64,000 bases of DNA from an uncultured Fibrobacteria bacterium (GCA_963716395.1 OY970309.1:3008001-3072000); one strand, 5' to 3'. Counted from the stretch's first letter, positions 43,371-54,044 are shown. The notes: generated by a model from the sequence alone, not told the origin. A program made the numbers and translations.

Positions 43371-43424
43371 TCCACTTCGGGTTATTCATTTTCGGACAGG
43401 TCACATCACAGGGAAAAGAATAAT

Positions 43425-44951
43425 ATGCACAAGCACTTGAATGCGGCATGTCTGCTCGCCGGCTGCGTATTGCTGCATACCGCATTGGCCAAGACCATTC
43501 TGGTTCCTGGCAACTTTTCCACCATATCCACGGCGTTGATCAATGCCGACTACGGAGACTCGGTCGTCGTTTCTCCCGGGCGGTATTACGAGGACATCAC
43601 CTTGGTGCAAGGCGTCGTGCTGACCGGTACCGATCAGCACAAGTGCATTATCGACGGGATGCGACGCGGTCCCACGGTATACGCGGTTTCCGGATCGGAA
43701 ATCGCGAACTTCACCATCACCAACGGCATTGACGGTATTCTGTGCGAGAACTCCACACCCTATATCCACAATAACTGGATTCTGGACAATGAAGGCGCGG
43801 GAATCGGCGCCTTCATTTCTCTGCCCCAGATTTTCGACAACGTCATCTACGGCAACCGCTGGTCGGGAATTCTGGTGTGGGGCGCCAAATCGCTCGACAC
43901 CCGTATCGAACAAAATGTCGTCATGCGCAATGGATACAGCGGCCTGTGTTTGAAAGGTCCATCGCGCATCATCGTACGCAACAACATTTTTATCGGTAAC
44001 CATGAATACGGCGTCTTCTCCGATCCGGCGGCGGCGCAGTCGCAAATCGTCTACAACGACATCTATAAGAACGTGATGCCGTTCAACCGCTACACGCGCA
44101 TTAACAAATCGAACATCTCGCAGGAGCCGATGTTCATCGATCCCAGTCTTTCGAGCCCGAATTATTTCTGCGCCGCACGCTCCCCCATGATCCATCGCGG
44201 TTACAGCGAACTCGACATCGGTCTTGTGGCGCATAAAGCCACGACCCAGGTCGATGGAGATCGGGACGGTGACGGCATCCCAGATTCCAAAGATCAATGC
44301 CCCGATCTGGCGGAAGACAAAGATGGTTTCCAAGACCAGGATGGATGCCCGGATTACGACAACGATAATGACGGAATTCCCGATACCAAGGACAAATGTC
44401 CCAACGAAGCCGAAGATCGAGACGGCTTTGAGGATCAGGACGGATGCCCCGATCCCGACAATGATAAAGACGGCATCTGCGATCCCTGGGTGGTGCAAAA
44501 AGGCCAAAGCGCCAAGTACGCCAACATTTGCCAGGGATCCGACAAATGCCCGGACGTGGCCGGTGATGCGGCGCACAACGGGTGCCCTTATAAGGAACCC
44601 CCGAAATTGCAAGACAATTTTGTTTTGGAAGGCGTCAACTTTCGCACCGGAAGCGCCGAATTAACCGAAGATTCGTTTGCCAAACTGGATGTGGTTGCGG
44701 ACCAACTGAAGAAGTACCCCGATCGCAAATTCGAGATCGCCGGACATACCGACAACACGGCCACCGACAAGATCAACATCAAACTCTCGCTGGACCGCGC
44801 CAATGCGGTACGAGAGTACTTGATCAACAAGGGTATTGATCCCTCGCGGTTGGTGGCCAAAGGGTACGGCTCTTCTCGGCCCAAAGCGGATAACAAGACC
44901 GCTGCCGGGCGCGGCATCAACCGTCGCATTGAATTTTATCGCATCAAATAG
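43425..44951 (+). CDS. OmpA-family protein: right-handed beta-helix + thrombospondin type 3 repeats + OmpA C-terminal domain
   Basis: Signal peptide; Asn-ladder beta-helix repeats; DxDGDGIPDxxDxCP repeats; GHTD...LSxxRA...GYG...NRRIEF. Confidence 0.9.
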   Translation: MHKHLNAACLLAGCVLLHTALAKTILVPGNFSTISTALINADYGDSVVVSPGRYYEDITLVQGVVLTGTDQHKCIIDGMRRGPTVYAVSGSEIANFTITNGIDGILCENSTPYIHNNWILDNEGAGIGAFISLPQIFDNVIYGNRWSGILVWGAKSLDTRIEQNVVMRNGYSGLCLKGPSRIIVRNNIFIGNHEYGVFSDPAAAQSQIVYNDIYKNVMPFNRYTRINKSNISQEPMFIDPSLSSPNYFCAARSPMIHRGYSELDIGLVAHKATTQVDGDRDGDGIPDSKDQCPDLAEDKDGFQDQDGCPDYDNDNDGIPDTKDKCPNEAEDRDGFEDQDGCPDPDNDKDGICDPWVVQKGQSAKYANICQGSDKCPDVAGDAAHNGCPYKEPPKLQDNFVLEGVNFRTGSAELTEDSFAKLDVVADQLKKYPDRKFEIAGHTDNTATDKINIKLSLDRANAVREYLINKGIDPSRLVAKGYGSSRPKADNKTAAGRGINRRIEFYRIK

Positions 44952-44987
44952 TCCGGACGGCAACATCCGAAGCACTTCAACACGGGA

Positions 44988-47210
44988 GTGGAAGCCTTGA
45001 ACTACCGAATTGCCTTCCTGTCGACCTTAGCCTGCACAGCACTTGGGTTCGGGCAGATCGACTACAAACCCCATGCCTATCAGCAGAATGATTGGTTTGC
45101 GGAATACGGTGAAAACATCGGAGCCTATATAAACCCGGCCACCATTGCCGAGGCCGATCAAATCGAAGTGGGGGTGGCCGCATTTCAAACCATTTCCGGA
45201 AAGGCCGGGCAGGAGTTTTTAAGCGCCGTACACCCCTTCAGCTATAACCATACCCTGGGCGTTACCGTTTTTGAAAACGGATCCAAAATCGACGGTTCCG
45301 ATGCGGTGTACATCGAAAACGCTTACACCTTGAGCTACGCATTGCGCATGCCTTGGAGTTTTCCCAATGGTCTCAGCCATAAATTGGCTTTGGGTGTCAA
45401 CCTCACCGCCATTCAGTTCAATGCCTTTGAAACCGTGCGCAGTTTTTCCTACGGCGCCGATGTCGGGTTAACCTACAATCCCTTCACGACCTCCCAGTAC
45501 GGTCAATTGTTACTGGGGTTGGCGGTGCAAAACGCCCTGCAGCCGAAAGTCCAAACCCCTTCTAACGGGACCTATGATATTCCCCGGAATATCAACGCCT
45601 CGTTTTTCTGGCGCGGCCTGGATCGTCGCTTGGAATTGGCGGGTTCGGTGAGTGATATCGACTTCACGCATGTTTCCACTGAAGGCGGTTCCGGCGGGCA
45701 AATCGTGCCGTCGGCTCGCGCTACGCTTTACCTGTCGCCCATGCTCGGAGTCAAGGTCAAGTACACCAAACTCGGATATCCCGTGGTCGGGGCTACGGTC
45801 AATGTGCAGCGCATCAATCTGTTCCGTTACCTCCGGCTCGATCTGGATTTGTCGGACGATAAGTTTTCCGCGCAAGACGAAAACCGCGGCATCGTCTGGA
45901 ATTTTCGTGCCATCACACGTGTCGGACCCACCCGTGAGGAACGTATCGGTGAAGCCCGTTATCGCCGCCTGTTGATCGAACCCGAAGACGCCTATCGTGA
46001 AGCCATGCGCCTGTATCTGGCCCGCAAATTCTTGTTGGCCGCTTATGCCTTCGGAAAGGTGATTGCCAAATACCCTTCCTTTCACTTGGTGGACCAGGCC
46101 GCTTTTTACAAAGGGAAATCCTTTGAAAACCTGCGCATGCATGATGCGGCCCGCGATGTGTATAACGAAGCCTTGCGAAAATACACCGATTCGGATCAGC
46201 GTCCCAAATACATGTTCCAGTTGATGAACATCGATTATAAAGAAGGAAAATTCGACGAGGCGACCAAGCGCCATCAAATGATCATGAACCAATATCCCGA
46301 ATCGGATGTCCGCGCCGACGCCGATTACATTCTCGGACAAATCAAATACATCCAAAAGGATTATTACGGTGCCATCGCGTTGTTGAATCCCATTCTGCCC
46401 GGCAACGCCAACTATGTCTATGCCCGCTACACCATCGCTATGTGCGACGTGCAGCTCAAAAAAATTAAAGAGGCCGAAGCGGCCTTCCAGGATATCCTGG
46501 ACGTGAAGCCCACCAACGCTTCGGAACAGGAGATGAAGGAAATTGCCGCGGTCAAGTTGGGCCACATCAATTTCGATAAGGATCCTCCGCAGTTGGTGAA
46601 AGCCGCCGAATACTACGGTTCCGTAACTCCCTCCAGCACGCAATACGATGAAGCCTTGTTGGGATTGGCGTGGTGCTTCCTCAAGGTGAACCATCCGCAG
46701 GAATCGGCCGGGTACGCCCAGCAAATCATCGACAAAGAACCCAACAGTCTCCTGGTTCCCGAAGCGCACCTGCTCCTCGGCTATTCGGCATACTTCGCCA
46801 AAGATTATGACAAGTCGATCGCTGAATTCGACAAGGCCATCACGCTGGCGCAGCAAAAAGCCGTGACCGCCGAACAAATCCAAGAGGAAAATCAAGAGAA
46901 CGCAGCCAACAGCGCCGAATTCCTCGATATCCAGAAACAAGCTTTGCTGCTATCCAACCAGATTCCCACGCGTCGCGTGATGGAGAAGCGCGACGAACTG
47001 CGGCCGAAGTTCGATGGAGCCTACGACAAAATCCAGAAGTACGTGGAATTTTTGCATCAGGTGGAACAGTTGAAAAAATTCCTACATGACAAAGATCGGG
47101 TGATTAAAGACGCGCAATTCACCAAGGCGACAGTCTTGAACATCAAGGCGAACGCCACCCAGAATCGTGGTCCTTCGCAGCAGGAATTGAACAATCTGGA
47201 AGTGAAGTAA
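44988..47210 (+). CDS. PorV-like beta-barrel N-terminus fused to TPR repeats
   Basis: Signal peptide; INPATIA, GADVGLTY and LGLAVQN barrel motifs; TPR repeats and coiled C-terminus. Confidence 0.7.
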   Translation: MEALNYRIAFLSTLACTALGFGQIDYKPHAYQQNDWFAEYGENIGAYINPATIAEADQIEVGVAAFQTISGKAGQEFLSAVHPFSYNHTLGVTVFENGSKIDGSDAVYIENAYTLSYALRMPWSFPNGLSHKLALGVNLTAIQFNAFETVRSFSYGADVGLTYNPFTTSQYGQLLLGLAVQNALQPKVQTPSNGTYDIPRNINASFFWRGLDRRLELAGSVSDIDFTHVSTEGGSGGQIVPSARATLYLSPMLGVKVKYTKLGYPVVGATVNVQRINLFRYLRLDLDLSDDKFSAQDENRGIVWNFRAITRVGPTREERIGEARYRRLLIEPEDAYREAMRLYLARKFLLAAYAFGKVIAKYPSFHLVDQAAFYKGKSFENLRMHDAARDVYNEALRKYTDSDQRPKYMFQLMNIDYKEGKFDEATKRHQMIMNQYPESDVRADADYILGQIKYIQKDYYGAIALLNPILPGNANYVYARYTIAMCDVQLKKIKEAEAAFQDILDVKPTNASEQEMKEIAAVKLGHINFDKDPPQLVKAAEYYGSVTPSSTQYDEALLGLAWCFLKVNHPQESAGYAQQIIDKEPNSLLVPEAHLLLGYSAYFAKDYDKSIAEFDKAITLAQQKAVTAEQIQEENQENAANSAEFLDIQKQALLLSNQIPTRRVMEKRDELRPKFDGAYDKIQKYVEFLHQVEQLKKFLHDKDRVIKDAQFTKATVLNIKANATQNRGPSQQELNNLEVK

Positions 47211-47238
47211 CCCGTTACCGCGGCGGAGAGGTCGAGAA

Positions 47239-50200
47239 ATGCATATGCGAATGAGTGTGAAAGCTGGTTGGGCCCATTGGGCGGCGCTTTCTTGTCTGAC
47301 CGTGGGTTCATTGGTGATTGGAGCGCGTGCGGACAGCCGTCTGAACGATTTGAAAAAGCGCAAGGTTGATTTGGATCGCATGGAAACAACCTGCGAAGCC
47401 AAACAGGATCCGGCGCGAAGCCAATGCCTGGCCAATCGCCAGAAATTGGTCGACAAGTACAAAGAGGATCTGGAAGCCTACAAGGTCGATTTGGCCAAGC
47501 AGCAGGAATACGCGGCCAGTCATGCCAGCAATGAAGACCTGCAAACCTCCATTGCCAACCGGCAGAAAAGCATCGACGACTTCATGGCCTACGTGAACAG
47601 CTGCACGGAAAAATCGGCACGCTGCGCTTCGGCTTTGTTTCAGGTGGCCAATCTGACCTATGAGAATGAAGAAGATGCCTTTCTCATTGTCGAGGCGAAG
47701 TACGAAAAGCAATACCAGCGCTGGGAAGACCACGATGAAAAGGGGCCGACACCGGTGCAGCCGCACCGCGATCACCGCACCGCGTTGCGTCTGTTCGATC
47801 GCTTTCTCAAGGAATATCCCAACAACAAACAGGCTCCCGAGGCCTTGATTCGCAGCGCGTTCATCGCCGATGTTATGGGCAATGACGATCAAGCCTATGA
47901 ATACCTGAATCTGTTGGTAACTCGATTTCCGGACAACCCTTTGGCGATCCCGGCGTATTTGCGGTTGGGGGAGTATTGGTTGGCGAAACACCAATACGCC
48001 AAAGCCATTGCCGATTATGAGAAAGTTCCCTTGGACTATCCGGGAAACGAGGCGGGACTGGCCCTCTATCACCGCGCCGAAGCGTATTACGACATGGCGG
48101 ATTTCGAAAACGCCGCCAAGTGGTATTACGAATACGTCGACTTGGCCGACCACCATAAAATCAAGGGCGATTTACGTGACGAGGCGCAGGAATTCATGGC
48201 CGCCGCCTGGGCCGACATGGACAATGGTTTTGAAGTCGCGCAGAAATTTCTGGCCGATCATGGTCATCCCAGTTGGGAAAACGACGTCTATTATGAAATC
48301 GGCGTAAAGAACAAAGACCATGATCGGGAAGACGAATCGGTCAAAGCCTTCCAATTTTTGCTGAACCTTGATCCTACTTATCCGAAAGCTCCCGAAGCGG
48401 ATCTTGACATTGTCGAAATTCTGGCTTTGCAGAAAAAGGGAGAGGAAGCCCAGCAAGCGCGCATGGCCATGATTCAGCGCTACGCCGATGGATCGGCGTG
48501 GTTCAATGCCAATGCCGGGAACACCGAAGCCGTTGCCAAGGCCAAATTGGCGATTCGTCAGGCCATGTATGCCATTCCGGTCTATTACCATCAGAAAGGC
48601 AGCGAAGGTCAAGGCGATACCGATATGCTGCGGAAAGCTGAATCCGGTTACCAGGCATTTTTGAACCGGTACGGCACCGAAAATTCCTGGGATGTCTATC
48701 AAGTCCACCAAAACTTGGCTGTTCTCTACGACAAGTTGCAAGAATATGATCAGGCTTCTCAGGAATGGAAGTGGTGCGCCTCGGCGAATCTGTCCCTGTT
48801 TGGAAAAATTCCCGACAATAAAAAAGGGCTGATCACCAAACAAGACGCGGGCTTTAATGCCGTGCTGATGATGGATAAGGCACGCAAGCTGGCCTTACAG
48901 AACAAATACAACAACGATACCACGGCTGCTTTCCATGGTCCGGAAACGCAGGCCTATTTCGACTGCGTATCCTGGTACATGGGGCTTTACGGCAATTCCA
49001 ACTCGGCTCCGGAAATCGCATATAATGCCGCCATCATTGATTATGAGGCCAAGCAATACGATGCGGCAGTGAAGGATTTAAGCTCTCTGATTGCGCGGTT
49101 TCCAAATCACCAGCATGCCGTATTGATCCGCCGGGCCCTGGCGCAGAGCCTGTTGGAAAGCGGGCATTACGATGAGGCGGCGACCCAATTTACCATCTTG
49201 GAGAAAAAGCTTTGTCCGGCCGACAAACAATGCGCCGAAATCAAGAAGGCCTTGGCTTCGACGGTTTTCAAGCAAGCCGAAGCTTTGCATGAGGGCAATA
49301 ATCTTGCCGGGGCCGCGGAGAAATTCGGGCAGTTGGCGAACAATTTCCGCGATGTCGACATCGCGGACAGAGCTTTATTCGAAGCCGGCGTCAACTATGA
49401 CTCGGCCGGAAATATGGAGCAGGGCGTCCGCCTTCTGCTGCGTATTCCGCAGGAATACCCCAAGTCGAGCCTGCATATCAAGGCCATTCTCAAAGCCGCC
49501 GCCATTTACATGGATCACAAGAAATTTCGAGATGCTGCGGAGACTTTTCTTTTGATCCCCAAGAATTTCCGCACCGACTCATTGGCCGAACAATCGGTGG
49601 CCTGGGCGGCTGACGCGTATGAAAAAGCGGCGGACACGAACAAAGCAGCCCAGACCTACGAGTCCACCTATAAGTTGTATCCCAAAGATTCCAAAACCCC
49701 GGGCTTCCTCTACAACGCGGGTCAGGACTATGAGGCCGCCAAACAATACGGCGATGCGATTTCGGTCTACAACCTCTTGAGCGACAAATATCCCTCCAGC
49801 CAATTTGCAGCCGAAGCGGCCTTTTCCGTACCCCTGCTGTTGGATAAGAAAGGCGAGTACGCCAAGGCTGCCGCAGCTTACGAGGCTTTTACCCGGAAGT
49901 ATGACCAAGACAAAGTCAAATTGCTGCGTGCGCATCTGGGAGCCGGTACCGACTATGAGAAAGCGGGCAATGATAAAAAGGCCCTGGATCAGTACGAGGA
50001 GTGCATCGATATTCAGAAAAAAGAGGGCTCGAATATTCCTCCGGCTTTGGCTGCCGAGGCGGCCTATCGCGCAGGGGATATTTATTTCAAACGTATCAGC
50101 GGGATAGAGCTCGACGGTACCAAAGCGCAGAATGGGCGGAAATTCAAAATCATTCAGGAAAACCTGAAACCGGCCGTGCAGAACTTCGCCAAGGCCGTGC

Positions 50201-50835
50201 AATACGCCGAAGAAGAGTGGACCTTGCGCGCAACCTTGCGCATGGGCGATTTGTTCTTCGCCATCGGCAATATTTCGAATAACGAACGCGTGGCGGGTTT
50301 ATCCGCCGACGATCGCGTACGCGCCCGCATTCAAAGCAAGGCCGGAGTTCCCGATTTTCTGGACAAGGCCAAGGAGATATACAAGAAAAATCTGGATATC
50401 GGGTTGAATCAAAATATTCAAAGCCCCTGGATTGATACAGCGGGAATCCGGTTTCTGCAGTGCTATGCCATCAAAGGGCAAACCTTGGAAGACCTGAGCA
50501 AATTGTTTCTGGAAGTGAAGTTGCCGCGTTCGGCAACCGCTGCCGACAAGGCACAGTTCAAACAGGCTTCCGATGACAGCAAGAGCAAAGCCATCGACGA
50601 TTACCGTGAAGCACTGAACATGGCGCAGACGTATCATCTGGATAACGACACACGTAATCGTATCGTGTCGAGGTTGCGTGAATTGGAGCCTACCTCGACC
50701 GAATTACAACCCCAGGTTTCCGCGAAAGCCATGTCCGCAGACTCAACGGCCGTCGATAGCGGATCCCATTCGGCGACGGGCATCGGTGCGGATTCGTCCG
50801 CCAATCCCAAGGATTCTTCAGCTGCTATGCCCTAG
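47239..50835 (+). CDS. Large exported TPR protein (GltD/AgmU-like)
   Basis: Signal peptide; about 1100 aa of TPR-like repeats (e.g. KEYPNNKQAPEAL, YPSSQFAAEA). Confidence 0.75.
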   Translation: MHMRMSVKAGWAHWAALSCLTVGSLVIGARADSRLNDLKKRKVDLDRMETTCEAKQDPARSQCLANRQKLVDKYKEDLEAYKVDLAKQQEYAASHASNEDLQTSIANRQKSIDDFMAYVNSCTEKSARCASALFQVANLTYENEEDAFLIVEAKYEKQYQRWEDHDEKGPTPVQPHRDHRTALRLFDRFLKEYPNNKQAPEALIRSAFIADVMGNDDQAYEYLNLLVTRFPDNPLAIPAYLRLGEYWLAKHQYAKAIADYEKVPLDYPGNEAGLALYHRAEAYYDMADFENAAKWYYEYVDLADHHKIKGDLRDEAQEFMAAAWADMDNGFEVAQKFLADHGHPSWENDVYYEIGVKNKDHDREDESVKAFQFLLNLDPTYPKAPEADLDIVEILALQKKGEEAQQARMAMIQRYADGSAWFNANAGNTEAVAKAKLAIRQAMYAIPVYYHQKGSEGQGDTDMLRKAESGYQAFLNRYGTENSWDVYQVHQNLAVLYDKLQEYDQASQEWKWCASANLSLFGKIPDNKKGLITKQDAGFNAVLMMDKARKLALQNKYNNDTTAAFHGPETQAYFDCVSWYMGLYGNSNSAPEIAYNAAIIDYEAKQYDAAVKDLSSLIARFPNHQHAVLIRRALAQSLLESGHYDEAATQFTILEKKLCPADKQCAEIKKALASTVFKQAEALHEGNNLAGAAEKFGQLANNFRDVDIADRALFEAGVNYDSAGNMEQGVRLLLRIPQEYPKSSLHIKAILKAAAIYMDHKKFRDAAETFLLIPKNFRTDSLAEQSVAWAADAYEKAADTNKAAQTYESTYKLYPKDSKTPGFLYNAGQDYEAAKQYGDAISVYNLLSDKYPSSQFAAEAAFSVPLLLDKKGEYAKAAAAYEAFTRKYDQDKVKLLRAHLGAGTDYEKAGNDKKALDQYEECIDIQKKEGSNIPPALAAEAAYRAGDIYFKRISGIELDGTKAQNGRKFKIIQENLKPAVQNFAKAVQYAEEEWTLRATLRMGDLFFAIGNISNNERVAGLSADDRVRARIQSKAGVPDFLDKAKEIYKKNLDIGLNQNIQSPWIDTAGIRFLQCYAIKGQTLEDLSKLFLEVKLPRSATAADKAQFKQASDDSKSKAIDDYREALNMAQTYHLDNDTRNRIVSRLRELEPTSTELQPQVSAKAMSADSTAVDSGSHSATGIGADSSANPKDSSAAMP

Positions 50836-51081
50836 TAAGGCGCGTGGTAAATCCGAAATTGAAGCGGAATGGTTTACGGCCATGAGTTTAGGGCGGAAAA
50901 GGGCGGGTTTCTTGAGAAAAAGTTTGTTTTCGGGTCGGAAAACACCCAGCGGAATTTAAAACGAATGACTATTATAACCTTGAAAATCGGGCGCATTCCG
51001 AAGACGTCACGGAATATGCGGAAGCGAGTCGGATAGTTTTCTTTTTAACACCATTTTCATTTTCATCAAAGAGAGGATCCC

Positions 51082-51693
51082 ATGGCATTAATTCTCAAAG
51101 GTTTTAACGGCGAAGGAAGGTTTTACATGTCCGTAATTATGGTGTTGGGCATCATTGCCTTGGCCATCATTGCGGAACGGTTCTTCTACATTTTTGTGCG
51201 ATCTTCCAAAGGCCGTGGAAGCTTCATGCGCAATATTGCCCAGATGCTGCAAACCGGGCGCGTATCGGAAGCCGGGCATCTTGCGGCGAGCCAGGACATT
51301 CCATTGGCAAAGATCATTTCTGCGGTTCTTCAGAACAAAGCCAAAGGACAGGCGGCCATCGAAAAGGCGGTGGACGAAGTGTACCTTACCGAAGCGCCGC
51401 GTATGAATCGCTACTTGAATCTGCTCCCGGCCCTGGCCAACATCGCCATGCTTTGCGGACTGCTCGGAACGATTTTCGGATTGATCCTGGCGTTTGACGC
51501 CGTGGCCAACCTTCCGGCCGCTCAGCGTCCGGCTGCTTTGGCGAACGGTATTTCCATCGTTATGGTCAATACCTGGACAGGTTTGGCGACGGCCATTCCG
51601 ATTCTGTTGTTCCACGGTCTTCTTTCCATGCAGTCCGAGCGTTTGCAGGAAGAGATGGAAGAAAAAGCCGTAAAAGTGATGAATCTGCTGTAA
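51082..51693 (+). CDS. MotA/TolQ/ExbB proton channel subunit (AglR-like)
   Basis: IIAER, GLLGTIFGLILAF, GISIVMVNTWTGL. Confidence 0.9.
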   Translation: MALILKGFNGEGRFYMSVIMVLGIIALAIIAERFFYIFVRSSKGRGSFMRNIAQMLQTGRVSEAGHLAASQDIPLAKIISAVLQNKAKGQAAIEKAVDEVYLTEAPRMNRYLNLLPALANIAMLCGLLGTIFGLILAFDAVANLPAAQRPAALANGISIVMVNTWTGLATAIPILLFHGLLSMQSERLQEEMEEKAVKVMNLL

Positions 51694-51716
51694 GGTCGCA
51701 ATCGGCATGATGAACA

Positions 51717-51739
51717 GGTTCTTCCGAGTCGGAAGAACC
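51717..51739 (+). other. Intergenic hairpin between the motA-like and exbD-like genes
   Basis: GGTTCTTCCG-AGT-CGGAAGAACC, a 10-bp perfect stem followed by GTTT. Confidence 0.6.
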
Positions 51740-51756
51740 GTTTAACAGGAAGCTTT

Positions 51757-52566
51757 ATGAAGAAATCCTCCGCAAAGAGAAGCAAAACTCGCGAGCTGGA
51801 TCTGATGCCCGTCATGAATCTTTTCTCGATTCTGGTGGTCATCGTGATCTCAATGGCCACCTTCGAAAAGTTAGGCGTGCTGGAATTATGGCTTCCCGAG
51901 CGTAGCCAGACTCCGACCAACACGAAGCAGGACATCGATCAAGGGCTCCTTAATCTGACCGTGGTAATTACCGACAATGGCATCACCATCGGTGCGGCCG
52001 GCGGATTTCAACCCACGGTCTATTACCAAGAGGAAATCGAATATCGCAGCCGTTCCGACCAACACGTCTTTCGCAAAGTGTTTGTCAAAGGCGAGCAGGT
52101 TCGTTCTCCCACCGACGGCAAGATCATGACGCCCGACGAACGGGAAACCATTTATCTCAACACCATCGTCAAAAAAGACTCCACCGATCCCGGCACGTAT
52201 GTGTATGCCGCCGTGAATGGCCAGGAAGAACCGATGATGGATACCTCCGGAAATTGGTATAAAGACGTTCCGCAAGTGGGCACGCTGTATCGGTTGGTGG
52301 GTGACGAGACCTACCGGAAAATGGATCCCACCACCTATCGGTTCTCCAAGGTTGAAAAACTCAGCGCGTATTATGAAGTGGCGAGAACGCTCGAACAAAT
52401 TCATCAGAAGTACGGGAAAATGGATCCCACGCCACCCGACGTCGATGACATCGTCATTCTCGCCGACGACGACGTGATCTACGACAAAATCATTCAGATG
52501 ATGGACGTATGCAAGATGGCGGGCTATGACCGCGTATCTCTGTCGCTCATCGGAGGGGAAGCCTGA
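51757..52566 (+). CDS. ExbD/TolR-family protein with a large periplasmic insert; Asn in place of the conserved TM Asp
   Basis: ELDLMPVMNLF TM; C-terminal ILADDDVIYDKIIQMMD. Confidence 0.85.
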   Translation: MKKSSAKRSKTRELDLMPVMNLFSILVVIVISMATFEKLGVLELWLPERSQTPTNTKQDIDQGLLNLTVVITDNGITIGAAGGFQPTVYYQEEIEYRSRSDQHVFRKVFVKGEQVRSPTDGKIMTPDERETIYLNTIVKKDSTDPGTYVYAAVNGQEEPMMDTSGNWYKDVPQVGTLYRLVGDETYRKMDPTTYRFSKVEKLSAYYEVARTLEQIHQKYGKMDPTPPDVDDIVILADDDVIYDKIIQMMDVCKMAGYDRVSLSLIGGEA

Positions 52567-53051
52567 TGCGCCGTAAAGTCAAAAGGCAGGAAGAGGCCGG
52601 ACTCATTATCACCTCGTTAATCGACATCTTCGTTATTGTTCTGGTTTTTTTGCTGCGCACGATTTCGGCGGAAGGCAATTTGCTGACCTCGGCCGATAAT
52701 CTGGTGTTGCCGATGTCGGCCACCGCCAAGTCTCCCACCGAGGTCTCTTTGATTTTGGTGGGCGACAATCATCAAATCGCCGTGGATGGGAACCCCTTGA
52801 TCAGTACCGAAAAGGTGTTGAAGCAGGACAGCCTTATCGTAGCACCGGTGCTGGAAGTTCTTACGAAGAAGCGCGACGAGGAAAAAAAGGCGGAAATGCT
52901 CGGCATTATCAAAGAGTCGACCGGAAAAATTGTCGTGGAGTTGGACAAGAACATGCCCTACGATATCGTGACCAAACTAATGGCCACATGCGGTTATGCA
53001 GGCTACAACAACATCAAATTCGCCGTGACGCGGAAGAACGAGGAAGGCTGA
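52566..53051 (+). CDS. ExbD/TolR-family protein (AglQ/AglS-like)
   Basis: ITSLIDIFVIVLVFLL TM with Asp; DKNMPYDIVTKLMATCGYAGY. Confidence 0.88.
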   Translation: MRRKVKRQEEAGLIITSLIDIFVIVLVFLLRTISAEGNLLTSADNLVLPMSATAKSPTEVSLILVGDNHQIAVDGNPLISTEKVLKQDSLIVAPVLEVLTKKRDEEKKAEMLGIIKESTGKIVVELDKNMPYDIVTKLMATCGYAGYNNIKFAVTRKNEEG

Positions 53052-53052
53052 C

Positions 53053-54021
53053 ATGGCCACCGATATGATGTCGCCCCAATTCCAAAAAGGCCGGAAAGAT
53101 CCGTTTATCGAAAAATTCGAGGTCGAATCCGACGCCCGCCTGTTCCGCTTTCTGGGCGTGTTCGCCCTGATGGGAGCGGGTTTGATGACCTATATGCTGA
53201 CCACCAGCGTGATCATTCCCAGTTCGTTGACTTATACGCAGCGCAAAGAAGACTCCGCCATCGTCACCGTGAAAACGGCGGATATCGAGAAGGCGGAAAA
53301 AGAAAAGCAGAAAAAAGAAGAGAAGAAAAAAGCGCCTCCGCGTCGGCGCCGCGGTGAAGGCGGCAAACCGCATGGCCGGGGAAATCCCCATGCACCCATC
53401 ACCCAGGCCGCTTTGAAAATGATTACGTCGCGTTCGACTTCCTCGGCGCTTTCGAGTTATAACCTGTTGTCCTCCAAGTTCTCGAAAGACATCGACAAGG
53501 TCATCAACAATGTTTCCGGTCTCACCAAAACCGGTCAAACGCGCCTGGGCGGACGCCGCGGCAAGGTGGATGGCGGCTTCAACGATGGTTATGCGGCCGG
53601 CGGTTCGGGGGGCGTCGACGATTTGCTCGGTGGCCTCTGGGGCGGTAGCGGCAGTGGTGGGTTGAGTTTGCAGGCTAAAGGCGGCTTACAAGCACCTTCG
53701 GCTTCCGATATTGATATGGGCCAAGAAAGCGGACAGCGCTCCACCGAATCGATTCTGCGCGTGATTCGCGAGCATGAACCCGGATTGCGGCACACGTATA
53801 ACAAATACCTGAAGATGAATCCGGGATTCAAAGGCAAAGTCACCTTGAAATTCACCATCGCGCCGAGTGGAGCCGTGATCGAGTTAGAAATCGTTTCCAG
53901 CACCACGGGCGTTTCCCAATTCGACGAAGAAATCCGCGGCAAGGTGAAAACGTGGCGATTTGAACCCATCAAGGGCCGCGGCAACGATGTGGTTACCGTG
54001 CCGTTTACTTTCTCCGAATAA
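53053..54021 (+). CDS. TonB/TolA-like energy transducer (GltG/AgmX-PglI C-terminal type)
   Basis: Single TM, Lys/Glu-rich and Gly-rich linker, GKVTLKFTIAPSG...WRF...VTVPFTF. Confidence 0.82.
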   Translation: MATDMMSPQFQKGRKDPFIEKFEVESDARLFRFLGVFALMGAGLMTYMLTTSVIIPSSLTYTQRKEDSAIVTVKTADIEKAEKEKQKKEEKKKAPPRRRRGEGGKPHGRGNPHAPITQAALKMITSRSTSSALSSYNLLSSKFSKDIDKVINNVSGLTKTGQTRLGGRRGKVDGGFNDGYAAGGSGGVDDLLGGLWGGSGSGGLSLQAKGGLQAPSASDIDMGQESGQRSTESILRVIREHEPGLRHTYNKYLKMNPGFKGKVTLKFTIAPSGAVIELEIVSSTTGVSQFDEEIRGKVKTWRFEPIKGRGNDVVTVPFTFSE

Positions 54022-54044
54022 CCTAACGATCGAACCGTCACGAC

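Noticed and set aside
44250-44590. Tandem DNA repeats resembling an array
   Set aside because: They encode thrombospondin type 3 peptide repeats in frame; there is no constant repeat-spacer pattern and no cas genes, so this is not CRISPR.
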